A stretch of DNA of 64,000 nucleotides from Myxococcota bacterium (GCA_036339465.1 JAYZAY010000061.1:16489-80488); one strand, 5' to 3'. Shown: positions 18,624-30,219, numbered from the stretch's first letter. The notes: generated from the letters alone by a model not told the origin. Made by a program: numbers and translations.

Positions 18624-19016
18624 CTACGCATCGCCTTCAGTAAGAACTCTCGTTACGGCAGCACTCTCGACCAACATGATCATGGACAGTGGACTGTGGT
18701 CTCCGCTCCGAAACCCTTTCCGGAGGACCCGCGTGTAACCGCCCGGCCTTTCCGTGAACCGGGGACCAATCTCTGAAAACAATTTCTTCAATACGTCAGA
18801 GTCTTGAATATCACGCCCAGCCATCCGACGGGCGTGGACATCACCCCGCTTAGCCAACGTGATTAACTTTTCCGCGAAGGGCCTCAGCGCTTTTGCCTTT
18901 GCTTCCGTGGTTTCGATGCGCTCATGTTGAAATAGCGCAGTCGCCATATTCCGCAACGTTGCAATCCGATGCGACCGGTTACGACCAATTTTCTTAATTC
19001 CGTTTTGATGCCGCAC
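18624..19016 (-). CDS. rplQ: 50S ribosomal protein L17
   Basis: MRHQ...HRIATLRNMATALFQHERIETTEAKAK...RPGGYTRV. Confidence 0.97.
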   Translation of the reverse strand: MRHQNGIKKIGRNRSHRIATLRNMATALFQHERIETTEAKAKALRPFAEKLITLAKRGDVHARRMAGRDIQDSDVLKKLFSEIGPRFTERPGGYTRVLRKGFRSGDHSPLSMIMLVESAAVTRVLTEGDA

Positions 19017-19035
19017 AATTTACTCCCAGGCCACT

Positions 19036-20037
19036 CTAACGCTGTAGCTCGCGTGGTGGCCACTGTTCGAGCTTCATACCGAGGGCCAAGCCCATCTCGG
19101 ATAACAACTCTTTGATTTCTTTAAGTGACTTCCGGCCAAAGTTCTTAGTCTTAAGCATCTCCGGCTCCGTCTTCTGTACCAAATCACCAATATACTTGAT
19201 ATTGGCGGCTTGCAGACAGTTCTCCGCCCGGACGCTAAGGTCCAACTCATCAACCGATCTCAGCAAGTTCTCATTGAACTGCTCTTCTGCGGGCTTCTCC
19301 TGTGGGAGGTCCAACTCATCCTGTTCCTCAAAGTTGATGAAAACACTAAGCTGTTCCTTGACTATCTTCGCAGCCAGCGCGACCGCATCGTCAGGCGCGA
19401 TCGATCGATTCGTCCAAACTTCCAATACTAACTTATCATAATCGGTACGCTGACCAACGCGAGCATTGGTTACATGATAGCGAACCTTTCTTATCGGCGA
19501 GAAAAGCGAATCTACCGGAATCCAACCGACAGCCATGCTCGGCTGCTTGTTTTTCTCGGCGGGAATGTAACCCCGTCCGCGACGAATCATTACCTCCATC
19601 GCCAAACTTCCACCCGGTGCAACTGTGCAGATATACTGTTCCCCATTCAAAACAGTAACCGATCCGTCGAGAAGCAGATCACTTGCGTATACACGCCGCT
19701 CTTGTTTTTCTTCCGCCTCCACCGCCAGCCGTAAAACGCGAGGCTCGAGAGCTAAAGTATCAAGCAAAACCTCTTTCAGATTTAGAATGATATCCGCAAC
19801 GTCCTCACGAACATCTGGTATGGTGGTAAATTCATGGTGGGCACCATCAATTCGTACGGCGCAAACGGCAGTACCGTGCAGCGAACTGAGAAGCACCCGT
19901 CTCAGGGAGTTACCCAACGTTATACCGAAGCCTCGTTCGAGCGGCTCGGCCGAAAACCGACAATACGAATCAGTCGCATTCTCGCGATCGGTCACCAAGC
20001 CCTGGGGTCTAATTAAATCACGCCAATTTCGATTCAT
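19036..20037 (-). CDS. rpoA: RNA polymerase alpha subunit
   Basis: [22 protein letters not shown]; alpha-[12 protein letters not shown]...[11 protein letters not shown]. Confidence 0.98.
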   Translation of the reverse strand: MNRNWRDLIRPQGLVTDRENATDSYCRFSAEPLERGFGITLGNSLRRVLLSSLHGTAVCAVRIDGAHHEFTTIPDVREDVADIILNLKEVLLDTLALEPRVLRLAVEAEEKQERRVYASDLLLDGSVTVLNGEQYICTVAPGGSLAMEVMIRRGRGYIPAEKNKQPSMAVGWIPVDSLFSPIRKVRYHVTNARVGQRTDYDKLVLEVWTNRSIAPDDAVALAAKIVKEQLSVFINFEEQDELDLPQEKPAEEQFNENLLRSVDELDLSVRAENCLQAANIKYIGDLVQKTEPEMLKTKNFGRKSLKEIKELLSEMGLALGMKLEQWPPRELQR

Positions 20038-20071
20038 TGTTATCTCCCGCCTTTACACCAAAACAATTTTA

Positions 20072-20452
20072 TCAAACACGTCGTCGTTTAGGAGGCCGAC
20101 AGCCGTTGTGTGGAATCGGTGTAATATCCCTAATAGACGTGACCTTCAACCCGGTCGCCTGAATGGCACGGATTGCTGCTTCACGCCCGCCTCCCGGGCC
20201 CTTTAGCATCACACCCACCGACTTCATCCCATGGTCTTGCGCCTTGTTCGCTGCAACTTGAGCGGCTACCTGAGCAGCAAAAGGGGTCGACTTACGAGAC
20301 CCGCGAAAGCCTTGCGAACCAGAACTGCTCCAAGACACGACGTTACCTTGGGTGTCCGTGATCGTAATCAACGTATTGTTGAAGGTGGCTTGTACGTAGA
20401 CAAGACCATTCGGAATATTTTTCTTAATTTTCTTACCGCGTGGGCCAGCCAT
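20072..20452 (-). CDS. rpsK: 30S ribosomal protein S11
   Basis: [33 protein letters not shown]. Confidence 0.98.
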   Translation of the reverse strand: MAGPRGKKIKKNIPNGLVYVQATFNNTLITITDTQGNVVSWSSSGSQGFRGSRKSTPFAAQVAAQVAANKAQDHGMKSVGVMLKGPGGGREAAIRAIQATGLKVTSIRDITPIPHNGCRPPKRRRV

Positions 20453-20454
20453 CT

Positions 20455-20814
20455 TTATCTCCGTCCTAGTCTTCTAGGTCCCTTGCGGGTACGTGCATTA
20501 GTTGACGTTCGCTGCCCTCGAACAGGCAACCCCCGCCTGTGTCTAAGACCCCGGTAACAGCCGAGGTCCATCAGCCGGCTGATATTCATTGAGGTCTCAC
20601 GCCGAAGATCCCCCTCAACAAGGTAGCCCCGTTCAATGATCTCCCGAAGTTTTGCGACCTGGCCCTCAGTGAGCTGATCTGTCCGGGTGTTTACGTCTAG
20701 TTTTGCTTTACCAAGGATGTCCCGAGACAAGCTTGGACCTATACCGAAAATATAGGTTAATGCTATCTCGATCCGCTTCTTTCTTGGCAGGTCAACCCCG
20801 CTTATTCGTGCCAT
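20455..20814 (-). CDS. rpsM: 30S ribosomal protein S13
   Basis: [10 protein letters not shown]...[17 protein letters not shown]. Confidence 0.98.
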   Translation of the reverse strand: MARISGVDLPRKKRIEIALTYIFGIGPSLSRDILGKAKLDVNTRTDQLTEGQVAKLREIIERGYLVEGDLRRETSMNISRLMDLGCYRGLRHRRGLPVRGQRTSTNARTRKGPRRLGRR

Positions 20815-20858
20815 TTTCTACCTCTCATTTCGACTTGATGCTGGCGTTTAAACTTGAC

Positions 20859-20972
20859 TCAACCCTGCCGTTGCTTGTGTCGCGGGTTTTCGCAAATAAC
20901 GCGAATCACGCCACGACGCTTAAACACGAGACACTTTGGGCATATTTTCTTAACAGAGGCTCGTACCTTCAT
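20859..20972 (-). CDS. rpmJ: 50S ribosomal protein L36 (zinc-binding type)
   Basis: Not in the ORF track. Manual translation gives [37 protein letters not shown]. Confidence 0.96.
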   Translation of the reverse strand: MKVRASVKKICPKCLVFKRRGVIRVICENPRHKQRQG

Positions 20973-21046
20973 CGTTTTTCTCACTTCCCGGACTGGCTCA
21001 AGTTGCGGCGCTTTCGCGTCCCGCGCCACCTTAATCTGCGGTGCGC

Positions 21047-21076
21047 CTTATACCATGTCTGAAATATACTAATCAA
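21047..21076 (-). promoter_or_regulatory. Putative sigma70 promoter for rpmJ-rpsM-rpsK-rpoA-rplQ
   Basis: Minus strand TTGATT-N18-TATAAG with an extended -10 TG, followed by GC-rich sequence, in the adk-rpmJ gap. Confidence 0.5.
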
Positions 21077-21125
21077 TACCTATCTAAAGAAAGCTTACGT
21101 TTCGTTTAGGTGGAGCGATCCACCT

Positions 21126-21788
21126 CTATTCCGCATGCGAAGAGCTCTTTACCCCGTCGAAAATACGGCTTGTAACCGTCGACAAATCGCCGACACCATC
21201 AACCTCCACAAAGTTTCCAGCGCCACGGTAGAAATCAATCACCGCCGCCGTCTTATGCTCGTACTCTTCCAGCCGGCGTTGAACAACTTCCGCTTTGTCA
21301 TCGGCTCGTTCTCGCAAAGCCTCACCGGAGACATCGCACAACCCCTCCATTTTTGGCGGATTGTGTATCATATGGTAGGTCCTGCCACTGACCGCGCAGA
21401 ACCTTCGCCCCGTGGCCCTTTCGATCAAGAGCTCATTGGGAACCCGTAGATACAGCGCAGTTGTCAAAGCCAGCGTACGCTTCTCCAGCCACTGTCCCAA
21501 GGAAACTGCCTGGTACATCGTTCTTGGAAAGCCGTCTAAAAGAAAGCCTGCTGCGCAATCGTTCATCGCCAGCCTGCTCGTAACCATCTCAAGGATTAAT
21601 TCATCTGGAACAAGCAAACCTTTATTGGAGAATTCTTGAAATCTCGCGCCCAGTTCAGTTTGGTCATTAATTGCGGCCCTGATAAGATCGCCCGTGGAGA
21701 TCCGAACAATCCCATAATGACTACAGATCCGCTCCGACTGCGTTCCCTTCCCCGATCCGGGCTTACCTAGTATTACGATCCGTGTCAT
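21126..21788 (-). CDS. adk: Adenylate kinase
   Basis: GKPGSGKGTQ, ISTGDLIR, GFLLDGFPRT and a long LID domain. Confidence 0.97.
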   Translation of the reverse strand: MTRIVILGKPGSGKGTQSERICSHYGIVRISTGDLIRAAINDQTELGARFQEFSNKGLLVPDELILEMVTSRLAMNDCAAGFLLDGFPRTMYQAVSLGQWLEKRTLALTTALYLRVPNELLIERATGRRFCAVSGRTYHMIHNPPKMEGLCDVSGEALRERADDKAEVVQRRLEEYEHKTAAVIDFYRGAGNFVEVDGVGDLSTVTSRIFDGVKSSSHAE

Positions 21789-23096
21789 CTATTTACGCCC
21801 CCTAATTCGTTGCCCCCTGGATCCGGCAAATCCATCATAGTTCCGCGTTATCAAGTGAGACTCGATCTGTCGTACTGTGTCGAGAGCGACTCCTACAACG
21901 ATCAACAAACCTGTTCCGCCAAAGAAAAACGGAACTTCAAACTTCGATATAAGTAACGTAGGCAGGACACAGACCGCCGAGAGATACAGAGCGCCACCAA
22001 AAGTTATCCGAGAGAGAACACGGTCTATGTGCTCCGCAGTGCTCTTACCAGGGCGAATACCAGGGATATAGCCGCCATATTTCTTTAGATTGTCTGCAAC
22101 GTCAACAGGATTAAAAGTAACAGCAGTATAGAAATAGCAGAAGAAAACAATCAAAAGCACGTACACAGTATTATAGGACCATGAGTCAAATCGAAAGAAC
22201 TGCCCCAACCACTCGAAGAACGATCCTGGAGCGAAGCTTGCCGCGGTCGCCGGCAGCATCAGAATCGACGATGCGAAAATTGGAGGGATAACGCCGGAAG
22301 TATTAATTTTTAAAGGCAGGTGAGTCGACTGGCCGGTTGCGGTTCCTTTGCCCACAAGACGCTTAGCGTATTGAACCGGGATCCGCCGCTGGGCTTGTTC
22401 ACAAAAAATGATAGCCGCAATAACCGCAACCATCACTGCCAACAACACTAGACACGCGATAGGCTGAAGCGTTCCATTCATAATATAATTAATGGTGTCA
22501 AATAGCCCAGACGGAAATTGAGCTACAATACCCGCAAAGATAATCAGAGATATTCCATTTCCGATACCTCGTTCAGTAATTTGCTCGCCCAACCACATGA
22601 CAAACGTGGTGCCGGCCGTAAGAGTTAAGATCGTTATAAAGTAGAACTGAAAACCACCATCATCAACCACCGAGACACCGCCGGGCAGAGACATCAAATA
22701 GTTTGCTACGCCGAATCCCTGAATGATTGAGAGAACTATGGTACCATAGCGTGTGTATTGATTAATCTTTCGGCGGCCTGCCTCTCCTTCTTTCTTGAGA
22801 CGTTCCAGCGAGGGTATCGCCACCGCCAATAGCTGCATGATAATTGAAGAAGAGATATAAGGCATGATACCGAGAGCAAAGATACTAGCGCGTTCGAAAG
22901 CACCGCCTGAAAACATATTGAACACGCCAAACAAGGTGCCACTGAGCGCCTTAAACGCCTTGTTAAGCTCGATTCGATCCACGCCAGGAATCGCTACGAA
23001 AATACCGACCCTATAGACAGCTAGCATGATAGCTGTAAACGCGATACGCTTTCGCAATTCAGGGATCTTTCCGATATTCCAAAATCCAGAAGCCAC
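21789..23096 (-). CDS. secY: Preprotein translocase subunit SecY
   Basis: [36 protein letters not shown] and IPGIRPG motifs; GTG start after a GGAGGG RBS. Confidence 0.98.
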   Translation of the reverse strand: MASGFWNIGKIPELRKRIAFTAIMLAVYRVGIFVAIPGVDRIELNKAFKALSGTLFGVFNMFSGGAFERASIFALGIMPYISSSIIMQLLAVAIPSLERLKKEGEAGRRKINQYTRYGTIVLSIIQGFGVANYLMSLPGGVSVVDDGGFQFYFITILTLTAGTTFVMWLGEQITERGIGNGISLIIFAGIVAQFPSGLFDTINYIMNGTLQPIACLVLLAVMVAVIAAIIFCEQAQRRIPVQYAKRLVGKGTATGQSTHLPLKINTSGVIPPIFASSILMLPATAASFAPGSFFEWLGQFFRFDSWSYNTVYVLLIVFFCYFYTAVTFNPVDVADNLKKYGGYIPGIRPGKSTAEHIDRVLSRITFGGALYLSAVCVLPTLLISKFEVPFFFGGTGLLIVVGVALDTVRQIESHLITRNYDGFAGSRGQRIRGRK

Positions 23097-23177
23097 TACA
23101 CCCTCCAATGGAGAAAGTACTACCAGGCAGGTTGATGAATTAAAGTCGGCCTGAGCCCGACTGGCCAGGTAAAATCA

Positions 23178-23624
23178 TCAAACCACAGTCGCTTTGCCAC
23201 CAGCGGCAACAATCTTTGATTGCGCCGCCTGAGAGAAATGAACAGCCTCCACGGTCAACGCGAATGTGATTTCACCTCTCCCTAGTATCCGCAAACCATC
23301 AGCACGTTTCTTAGTGAGCCCTCGCTTGTAGATTTCTTCGAGCGTCACCGTTTCATCAGCCTTGAAGGATTTTGCTAGACTGTCGAGATTGATCGCAAAG
23401 TAATGCTTCGCAAACTTATTTACGAATCCGCGTTTTGGCATACGTCGGTACATTGCCGTTTGCCCACCCTCGAAACCAGGGCCCGGCTTTCCGGTGCCCG
23501 ATCGTGACCGCTGGCCATCCTGACCACGTCCTGCGGTTTTGCCCCAACCGGAACTTTCACCGCGCCCCACTCTTCTGCGTTTCTTGTTGGCACCGCTAGG
23601 TGCTCTTAAGTCGCTTAAATTCAT
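23178..23624 (-). CDS. rplO: 50S ribosomal protein L15
   Basis: RVGRGESSGWGKTAGRG, GFEGGQ. Confidence 0.97.
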   Translation of the reverse strand: MNLSDLRAPSGANKKRRRVGRGESSGWGKTAGRGQDGQRSRSGTGKPGPGFEGGQTAMYRRMPKRGFVNKFAKHYFAINLDSLAKSFKADETVTLEEIYKRGLTKKRADGLRILGRGEITFALTVEAVHFSQAAQSKIVAAGGKATVV

Positions 23625-23637
23625 CGATAACCTCTAA

Positions 23638-23835
23638 TTATTTTACACCGTCAACGGTGACATCAACAAGATGAACAACCTTCTGTATCATACCTCGAAC
23701 ACTGGTATTGTCCCGGTGTCTTACCGTTTTCCCAAAACGCGACAAACCAAGCGCGACTAGGGTACGTTTCTGACACTCCGGCCTACCTATACCGCTCTTT
23801 TTTAGGCTGACTAAGAAATAACGTTCGTCACTCAT
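23638..23835 (-). CDS. rpmD: 50S ribosomal protein L30
   Basis: KSGIGR...TLVALGL...RGMIQKVVHLV; position between rpsE and rplO. Confidence 0.95.
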   Translation of the reverse strand: MSDERYFLVSLKKSGIGRPECQKRTLVALGLSRFGKTVRHRDNTSVRGMIQKVVHLVDVTVDGVK

Positions 23836-23837
23836 GA

Positions 23838-24335
23838 TTAACCTCTCATCTCTTCTTCTGTCTTGCCCCGACGTCTAGCCACTTCGTCCTGCGAACGTAA
23901 CTGTTTTAGCGCATCAATCGTGGCTTTGACGACATTATGAGGATTCGTACTTCCAATGCACTTGGATAAAATATTCTGAACGCCTGCCGATTCCAGTACG
24001 GCGCGCACGGCGCCCCCGGCGATAACCCCTGTACCCTCGGCTGCTGGTCGGAGAAAGACACGACCCGCACCAAAATGCCCGAGAACTTCGTGAGGCACGG
24101 TGCCCTTAACCAAGGGTACCTCGACAAGATTTTTCTTCGCCTGCTCGAAACCTTTGCGAATCGCATCAGGGACTTCATTGGCCTTACCTAAGCCCGCTCC
24201 GACCCTGCCATTCCCGTCCCCAGCAACCACCAAGGCACTAAAGGAGAACCGTCGACCGCCCTTGACCACCTTTGCGACTCTATTTAAACTAACGAGTCGA
24301 TCCACAATTTCAGTTTCATTCTGCTCAAATGCCAT
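23838..24335 (-). CDS. rpsE: 30S ribosomal protein S5
   Basis: [28 protein letters not shown]; start at ATG 24335. Confidence 0.97.
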   Translation of the reverse strand: MAFEQNETEIVDRLVSLNRVAKVVKGGRRFSFSALVVAGDGNGRVGAGLGKANEVPDAIRKGFEQAKKNLVEVPLVKGTVPHEVLGHFGAGRVFLRPAAEGTGVIAGGAVRAVLESAGVQNILSKCIGSTNPHNVVKATIDALKQLRSQDEVARRRGKTEEEMRG

Positions 24336-24345
24336 TAGTAGCTCC

Positions 24346-24714
24346 CTAGAACGACAAGCCGCCTTCGCGTGCTCCGTCTGCAATTGCCTTTACGCGACCA
24401 TGGTAACGATATCCACCGCGGTCAAATGCCACTTGTGAAATGTCCAGACTTTTACATTTTTCAGCGAGTTCCTTACCCACCTTAAAGGCTATATCTGTCT
24501 TTTTGCTATCGCCATTCCCCTCAAAACCTTTCGCGATTGAACTCATGGACGCTAAGGTTCTGCCAGTCAGATCATCAATAACTTGCGCATATATATGTTT
24601 AGAACTTCGAAAAACCGCCATGCGCGGACGACCCGAAATGCCCGAGATTTTCTTACGGATACGAATCCGTCTTTTCCTGCGACTACCAAATCGACTCTGA
24701 GATTGGATTGCCAT
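24346..24714 (-). CDS. rplR: 50S ribosomal protein L18
   Basis: [32 protein letters not shown]. Confidence 0.97.
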   Translation of the reverse strand: MAIQSQSRFGSRRKRRIRIRKKISGISGRPRMAVFRSSKHIYAQVIDDLTGRTLASMSSIAKGFEGNGDSKKTDIAFKVGKELAEKCKSLDISQVAFDRGGYRYHGRVKAIADGAREGGLSF

Positions 24715-24740
24715 TTGCTCGTCCTCCATACGTAAAGAAG

Positions 24741-25289
24741 TTACTTCTTACCACCTGCTTTACCAACCTTGCGACGAATCTCCTCGCCAGCATACTTGAT
24801 ACCCTTGCCCTTGTAGGGCTCAGAAACCTTATAGGCCCTTAATCGCGCTGCGATGTTACCAACTTGCTGCTTATCAATGCCCTTGATCGTTAACTTGGTC
24901 TGTGATTTATCCACCTGGCATTCAACACCCTCAGGCAGCTCCAAGACAACGGGGTGGCTATAACCAACGGCCATGGTTATTACATTACCCTGAACGTCAG
25001 CGCGGTAGCCTACACCGTTGATTTCTAGGCGTTTTGTAAAGCCGCTCGTAACACCTTCGACCATGTTGGCCACCAGTGCCCTTCCGAGACCCAAAAAACC
25101 CTTGTTTCGGCGTGTAGACTGAATCGGCGCTCGAACCCTAACATCGCCGTCACTCATCTCGAGCGTTACCCCCACGGGCAGCGTCCTCACCAAATCACCC
25201 AAGGGCCCATTCACGGTGACCCTGCCGTCATCAAAACTCACATTGACCTTGTCGGGTACAATAATCGGCCGTCTACCAATACGTGACAT
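24741..25289 (-). CDS. rplF: 50S ribosomal protein L6
   Basis: MSRIGRRPI, GVGYRA, EPYKGKGIKY. Confidence 0.97.
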   Translation of the reverse strand: MSRIGRRPIIVPDKVNVSFDDGRVTVNGPLGDLVRTLPVGVTLEMSDGDVRVRAPIQSTRRNKGFLGLGRALVANMVEGVTSGFTKRLEINGVGYRADVQGNVITMAVGYSHPVVLELPEGVECQVDKSQTKLTIKGIDKQQVGNIAARLRAYKVSEPYKGKGIKYAGEEIRRKVGKAGGKK

Positions 25290-25310
25290 AACTAATTCTC
25301 CAAATTGAAA

Positions 25311-25706
25311 TCACCAAATAGAACATAGCGGCTCTCCGCCCATGGACATACTACGCGCATCGCGGTCGGTTACAACTCCACCAGAAGTCGACACAATCAC
25401 GACGCCCATACCATTCCTTACTTTGGGTATCTCATGGGCTCGAAAATATTTCCGAAGGCCAGGCTTGCTGAGCCGCTCAATACCGGAAATGACGGGCGCA
25501 CCCGTCTGATCGTATTTGAGCGTAAGCTCCAAAATACCGACTGGTTTGGTTGAGTGTAGCGAAAACTCCATTATGAAGCCCTCTTTCTTAAGAATCTCCG
25601 CAATTGAGACTTTCATTTTCGAGGCCGGCATCTGTACGTTGCTCAGATTTGCGCGCGCGGCGTTGCGTATTCTCGTCAGCATATCAGCGATTGGATCCGT
25701 GTGCAT
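25311..25706 (-). CDS. rpsH: 30S ribosomal protein S8
   Basis: DPIADMLTRIRNA, SKPGLRKY, GGE. Confidence 0.97.
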   Translation of the reverse strand: MHTDPIADMLTRIRNAARANLSNVQMPASKMKVSIAEILKKEGFIMEFSLHSTKPVGILELTLKYDQTGAPVISGIERLSKPGLRKYFRAHEIPKVRNGMGVVIVSTSGGVVTDRDARSMSMGGEPLCSIW

Positions 25707-25750
25707 GTTATCCTCCGTGGCTCCTTCGATTAGTAGAAGAACACCCTACG

Positions 25751-26317
25751 TTAATTTCTAAACGGCATTCCCAGCTTATTAAGTAAAGTTTTTGCTTCGG
25801 CATCAGTCTCGGCCGAAGTCGCAATCGCAACATTAAGGCCTGAAACTCGGTCCACATTGTCATAATTGATTTCGGGGAAAATTAACTGTTCTTTCAGACC
25901 CAGGTTATAATTGCCCCGACCATCAAAAGATCTTCCACTAATTCCCTTGAAATCGCGAACACGCGGTAAGGCGATGGACACGAGGCGGTCAAGAAATTCC
26001 CACATTCGAGCGCCCCTCAAGGTGACCATGGCACCGATAGGCATCCCTTCACGCAACTTAAAGCCCGCAATGGATTTTCTCGCCTTGGTGGCAACCGCGC
26101 GTTGTCCTGCAAGAAGCGAAAGTTCTTCAACTGCAGCCTTGACGATGTTGGGATTCCCGACCGCTTCACCTAGCCCCATGTTAATGGAGACTTTATCCAC
26201 CGTCGGTGCCTGCATGACGTTCTTATATTTGTACTCATCCATGAGCAGGAAGATAACTTCCTCGCGGTACTTCTTCAGTAGCCTTGGATGGGTTGTATTG
26301 GCGTGTCCGTTCATCAT
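25751..26317 (-). CDS. rplE: 50S ribosomal protein L5
   Basis: [31 protein letters not shown]. Confidence 0.97.
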   Translation of the reverse strand: MMNGHANTTHPRLLKKYREEVIFLLMDEYKYKNVMQAPTVDKVSINMGLGEAVGNPNIVKAAVEELSLLAGQRAVATKARKSIAGFKLREGMPIGAMVTLRGARMWEFLDRLVSIALPRVRDFKGISGRSFDGRGNYNLGLKEQLIFPEINYDNVDRVSGLNVAIATSAETDAEAKTLLNKLGMPFRN

Positions 26318-26344
26318 TTACTCCTTGATATCGGCACTTGACGC

Positions 26345-26671
26345 TTAAGCCCCGAGAACCTCTCCACTACGCTTGGCCACTCTTACTTTGTCCCCGTTTT
26401 CGAGGATTTTAAACCCGACGCGTGTCGGTTTATCGTCTGCTGGATCGACTAGCGCAACATTAGAGATGTGAATTGACGGGATTTTATCTTCGATGCCACC
26501 GTTAGGAAGTCTCGCACTCTGCCCCGCCTTAATATGCCGCTTCTGAACGCCCACGCCTTCGATTTTAATCCGGTCCTTCTCAGCCAACACTTCAAGAACT
26601 GTTCCTCGCTGAGGTGCATATTTGCCGGCAATAACCTGGACTTGATCGCCCTTACGAATCTTTCGAGCCAT
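26345..26671 (-). CDS. rplX: 50S ribosomal protein L24
   Basis: KIRKGDQVQVIAGK, IHISNVAL. Confidence 0.97.
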   Translation of the reverse strand: MARKIRKGDQVQVIAGKYAPQRGTVLEVLAEKDRIKIEGVGVQKRHIKAGQSARLPNGGIEDKIPSIHISNVALVDPADDKPTRVGFKILENGDKVRVAKRSGEVLGA

Positions 26672-27039
26672 TAGAGGACCTCCGGCGCTAGGGAAACTAT
26701 TTTCATGTAATTTCGCCCGCGCAGCTCCCGCGCCACAGGGCCAAAGATACGAGTGCCAACGGGCTCGCCGTTTGTGTTTATTAGAACCGCGGCGTTATCA
26801 TCAAATCGTATGTAGCTCCCATTCGCTCGACGAATTTCCTTGGCTGTCCGCACGATTACCGCTTTCGCGACATCACCCTTTTTAACTTTGCCGTTTGGAA
26901 GTGCCTCACGAACCGCTACGACGATAATATCGCCGATACTGGCGAATCGCCGTTTGGAACCACCGAGTACCTTCACACATGTAAGCTTCTTCGCCCCTGA
27001 GTTGTCTGCAACGTCGAGGGTTGATTGCATCTGGATCAT
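26671..27039 (-). CDS. rplN: 50S ribosomal protein L14
   Basis: [17 protein letters not shown]...[12 protein letters not shown]...SLAPEVL; start at ATG 27039. Confidence 0.98.
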   Translation of the reverse strand: MIQMQSTLDVADNSGAKKLTCVKVLGGSKRRFASIGDIIVVAVREALPNGKVKKGDVAKAVIVRTAKEIRRANGSYIRFDDNAAVLINTNGEPVGTRIFGPVARELRGRNYMKIVSLAPEVL

Positions 27040-27076
27040 TCTTAAATCTCCACTTTTACCTTCGTCGACCTTTATA

Positions 27077-27349
27077 TTAGACAGATGCCTTTTCAATTAT
27101 CTGTCGGACCCGCCAACGCTTATTTTTCGAGAGCGGTCGCGTCTCTTCGATTAGGACAATGTCGCCAATTTTGCACTCATTCATCGCATCATGAGCACTG
27201 TATCGGATTTTTCTTTTAACGAACTTCAGATATTTTCTGTGCCTGAACCGCCGCGTCACTTCGACCACTGCCGTCTTGTCCATTTTGCACTTTAATACCA
27301 CCGCTTTTCGTGTTCTTTTCGCTGGTGTTGCCTCGCTATTTGCTTCCAT
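27077..27349 (-). CDS. rpsQ: 30S ribosomal protein S17
   Basis: [19 protein letters not shown]. Confidence 0.97.
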   Translation of the reverse strand: MEANSEATPAKRTRKAVVLKCKMDKTAVVEVTRRFRHRKYLKFVKRKIRYSAHDAMNECKIGDIVLIEETRPLSKNKRWRVRQIIEKASV

Positions 27350-27350
27350 G

Positions 27351-27563
27351 TCAACCTCTATCCTCTTTTAAGATCGTCTTGATCTGTGCAATTTGCCGTC
27401 GAAGGTTCCTGGGCAAGTGACTCTCCGTCAATTGGCCTAGTGCCTTTTTGAACCGGGTCTTATGAAGCAGTTCAACTCTCTCAACCAGCAGGGATTCTAG
27501 TTCACCAACTTTTCTCTTTCGAAGTTCTTCAACTTTGTGAAATTCAATAGCTTCAGCCATCAC
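27351..27563 (-). CDS. rpmC: 50S ribosomal protein L29
   Basis: ELR...GQL...RRQIAQIKT; position between rplP and rpsQ. Confidence 0.93.
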   Translation of the reverse strand: MMAEAIEFHKVEELRKRKVGELESLLVERVELLHKTRFKKALGQLTESHLPRNLRRQIAQIKTILKEDRG

Positions 27564-27583
27564 CAGTACTCCAATATCGCAGC

Positions 27584-28000
27584 CTAGAGCTGCTCTTCTC
27601 TCACAACTAACCGCGTTTTGAAAGGCAACTTATGGGCAGCTAGCCGAAATGCCTCTTCGGCAAGCGAGCGTTCGACACCTTGCATTTCATACATAATGCG
27701 CCCAGGTTTGACCACAGCAACCCAGCCCTCTGGCGAACCTTTACCTTTACCCATTCGAACCTCAGCAGGCTTACTCGTGATGGGCTTGTCGGGGAAAACT
27801 CGAATGTAAATACGACCGCCCCGTTTTACATGACGAGTCATCGCAATCCGTGCCGCTTCCAGCTGCCGCTGGGTAAGCCAGGCAGATTCGAGTGCCATCA
27901 AACCAAAATCGCCGAAAGAAACTTTATCGCCGCTACGAGCGATGCCGTCCTTGCGGCCCTTTTGGCGTTTCCGAAACTTTACTTTTGCTGGCGATAACAT
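27584..28000 (-). CDS. rplP: 50S ribosomal protein L16
   Basis: [23 protein letters not shown]. Confidence 0.98.
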   Translation of the reverse strand: MLSPAKVKFRKRQKGRKDGIARSGDKVSFGDFGLMALESAWLTQRQLEAARIAMTRHVKRGGRIYIRVFPDKPITSKPAEVRMGKGKGSPEGWVAVVKPGRIMYEMQGVERSLAEEAFRLAAHKLPFKTRLVVREEQL

Positions 28001-28034
28001 TTTTCACCTCATTTTTCGACCGTCATGGCCTAAC

Positions 28035-28679
28035 TCAATTCGAAATTTTTGATTCAGGGAGAATTTCGCCTTTAAAAATCCAGCACTTAACTCCGATGAT
28101 TCCATAGGTAGTCTTGGCTTCAGCTAATCCGTAATCAATGTCGGCCCTGAGCGTGTGCAAGGGCACACGGCCTTCAAGGTACCATTCCTGCCGAGCCATT
28201 TCGGCGCCGCCGAGGCGACCCTTGCACGCAATACGAATGCCCTTCGCACCAAATTTTAGGGAAGTTTGCAGAGCCTTCTTCATCGCCCGTCGAAAAGAGA
28301 CACGCCGCTCTAGCTGCAGCGCGACATTTTCGGCCACTAATTTAGCATCGATTTCCGCCTTACGTACCTCATGGATGTTAACGAAAACTTCGTAGCTAGA
28401 CAGAGACTGGAGCGCCTTTTTGAGACCTTCAATCCCTGAGCCCTTCTTGCCGATCACAATACCTGGACGCGGTGTGAAAATACTCAGTTTAACTTTACCG
28501 GCAGCGCGCTCGATATTAACCTGGCTTATTCCGGCGCCATAAAGCCGTTCTTTGACGGTACGACGTAGTTTCAAGTCTTCGTGCAACCATTGAGCATAGT
28601 GCTTCTCTTCATACCACTTGGAATGCCAATCTCTTACAATTCCGAGCCGAAAACCTACTGGATGTGTCTTTTGACCCAT
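28035..28679 (-). CDS. rpsC: 30S ribosomal protein S3
   Basis: [27 protein letters not shown]. Confidence 0.98.
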   Translation of the reverse strand: MGQKTHPVGFRLGIVRDWHSKWYEEKHYAQWLHEDLKLRRTVKERLYGAGISQVNIERAAGKVKLSIFTPRPGIVIGKKGSGIEGLKKALQSLSSYEVFVNIHEVRKAEIDAKLVAENVALQLERRVSFRRAMKKALQTSLKFGAKGIRIACKGRLGGAEMARQEWYLEGRVPLHTLRADIDYGLAEAKTTYGIIGVKCWIFKGEILPESKISN

Positions 28680-28695
28680 AACCAAATACCTCTTA

Positions 28696-29085
28696 TTATG
28701 CGCGTTCAGCGAGTTCTAAAGTTATATGACTTGTTCGCTTCCGAACACGAGTAGCGCGACCCATGGCGCGAGGCCGCCATCGACGCCACATTGGACCTTC
28801 ATCGACAGTAGCGAGTTCCACAAAGAGTCTATCAAGATCAAAAGATCCCTTAACCTCTGCATTAGCCACTGCACTCCTCAACAATTTAGCGACAGGCACC
28901 GCCGCGGCTTTGGGACTGAAGTCAAGCACATTCAAGGCCTGCTCAACGTCCTTGCCTCGAATTTGGTCGATAACCAACCGCACCTTTCGCGGCGACATAC
29001 GCAGCCACCTCAACTTCGCATGAGGCCCTCGATTGTCCCGGGCCTCCTTTCGTCGGATGGCCTTTTCCTTTTCTCGTTTAGACAT
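28696..29085 (-). CDS. rplV: 50S ribosomal protein L22
   Basis: [28 protein letters not shown]; basic N-terminal extension. Confidence 0.97.
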   Translation of the reverse strand: MSKREKEKAIRRKEARDNRGPHAKLRWLRMSPRKVRLVIDQIRGKDVEQALNVLDFSPKAAAVPVAKLLRSAVANAEVKGSFDLDRLFVELATVDEGPMWRRWRPRAMGRATRVRKRTSHITLELAERA

Positions 29086-29098
29086 AACTCAATCCCTC

Positions 29099-29371
29099 CT
29101 ACTTACCTTTCTTCAAACCAGGATGACTATGAAAAGTCCGAGTCGGTGAGAACTCGCCGAGTTTGTGGTCGACCATATTCTCGGTGACATAAACAGGAAT
29201 AAACTTTCGGCCATTATGTACGGCAAAGGTGTGACCGACAAAATCAGGCGTGATAGTAGAGCGCCGAGACCAAGTCTTAATTACCTGTTTCTTCCCCGAT
29301 TCATTCATCCTCTCGACTTTTTCAACAAGATGGTAGTCGAGATACGGTCCTTTTTTGATACTACGTGGCAT
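29099..29371 (-). CDS. rpsS: 30S ribosomal protein S19
   Basis: [26 protein letters not shown]. Confidence 0.98.
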   Translation of the reverse strand: MPRSIKKGPYLDYHLVEKVERMNESGKKQVIKTWSRRSTITPDFVGHTFAVHNGRKFIPVYVTENMVDHKLGEFSPTRTFHSHPGLKKGK

Positions 29372-29373
29372 TG

Positions 29374-30213
29374 CTATCTCCTCGAGCTCTTCCGAGACAC
29401 GATGTATTTATCGGTTGATTTATTGTTGCGAGTCTTGGCACCTTTGGTTGGCTTGCCCCATGGACTAACGGGATGGCGACCACCAGAGGTCTTACCTTCG
29501 CCTCCGCCGTGCGGGTGGTCCACTGGGTTCATTACCACGCCTCTGTTATGAGGATTCTTACCCATCCACCGGCCTCGGCCTGCCTTACCAACTTTGATAT
29601 TTTCATGCTCGCTGTTACCGACCGAACCAATGGTGGCCCGACAGCCTTCAGGTATTTTCCGGGTTTCACCTGAGGGCAATCTTATAAGCGCATAGCCGGC
29701 CTCAACTGCCATCAGTTGTGCTTCTGTGCCTGCCGAACGTACCATTTGCGCACCCTTGCCTGGTTTTAGTTCGACCGCATGAATTACGGAACCAACGGGG
29801 ACATGTTTGAGTGGCAGCGCATTTCCCGGCTGTATATCCGCAGCGTCCGAGGAGATCACTGTATCCCCGGCCTTCAAGCCTACTGGGGCTAAGATGTAGC
29901 TCTTTTCACCATCTGCATATTGCAGCAAGGCTATTCGCGCAGAGCGATTTGGGTCATATTCAACCCGCGCGACGAGTGCAGGCACATCCAGTTTATTTCT
30001 TCGAAAATCAACCAGGCGGTAACGACGTTTGTGCCCGCCTCCCCGAAATCGAACAGTCGTCCGGCCATGGTTGTTTCGACCACCAGAGCGTTTTTGAGAG
30101 CTGACCAGGGCCTTCAGCGGGCTATTATCGCCCTTGACGGTAATGTCCGCTTGGTCAGAGGCCGTCATGTTTCGCCGACTCATGGTGTACGGCTTATATT
30201 TTAGAATTCCCAT
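29374..30213 (-). CDS. rplB: 50S ribosomal protein L2
   Basis: [34 protein letters not shown]. Confidence 0.98.
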   Translation of the reverse strand: MGILKYKPYTMSRRNMTASDQADITVKGDNSPLKALVSSQKRSGGRNNHGRTTVRFRGGGHKRRYRLVDFRRNKLDVPALVARVEYDPNRSARIALLQYADGEKSYILAPVGLKAGDTVISSDAADIQPGNALPLKHVPVGSVIHAVELKPGKGAQMVRSAGTEAQLMAVEAGYALIRLPSGETRKIPEGCRATIGSVGNSEHENIKVGKAGRGRWMGKNPHNRGVVMNPVDHPHGGGEGKTSGGRHPVSPWGKPTKGAKTRNNKSTDKYIVSRKSSRR

Positions 30214-30219
30214 TGTTTC

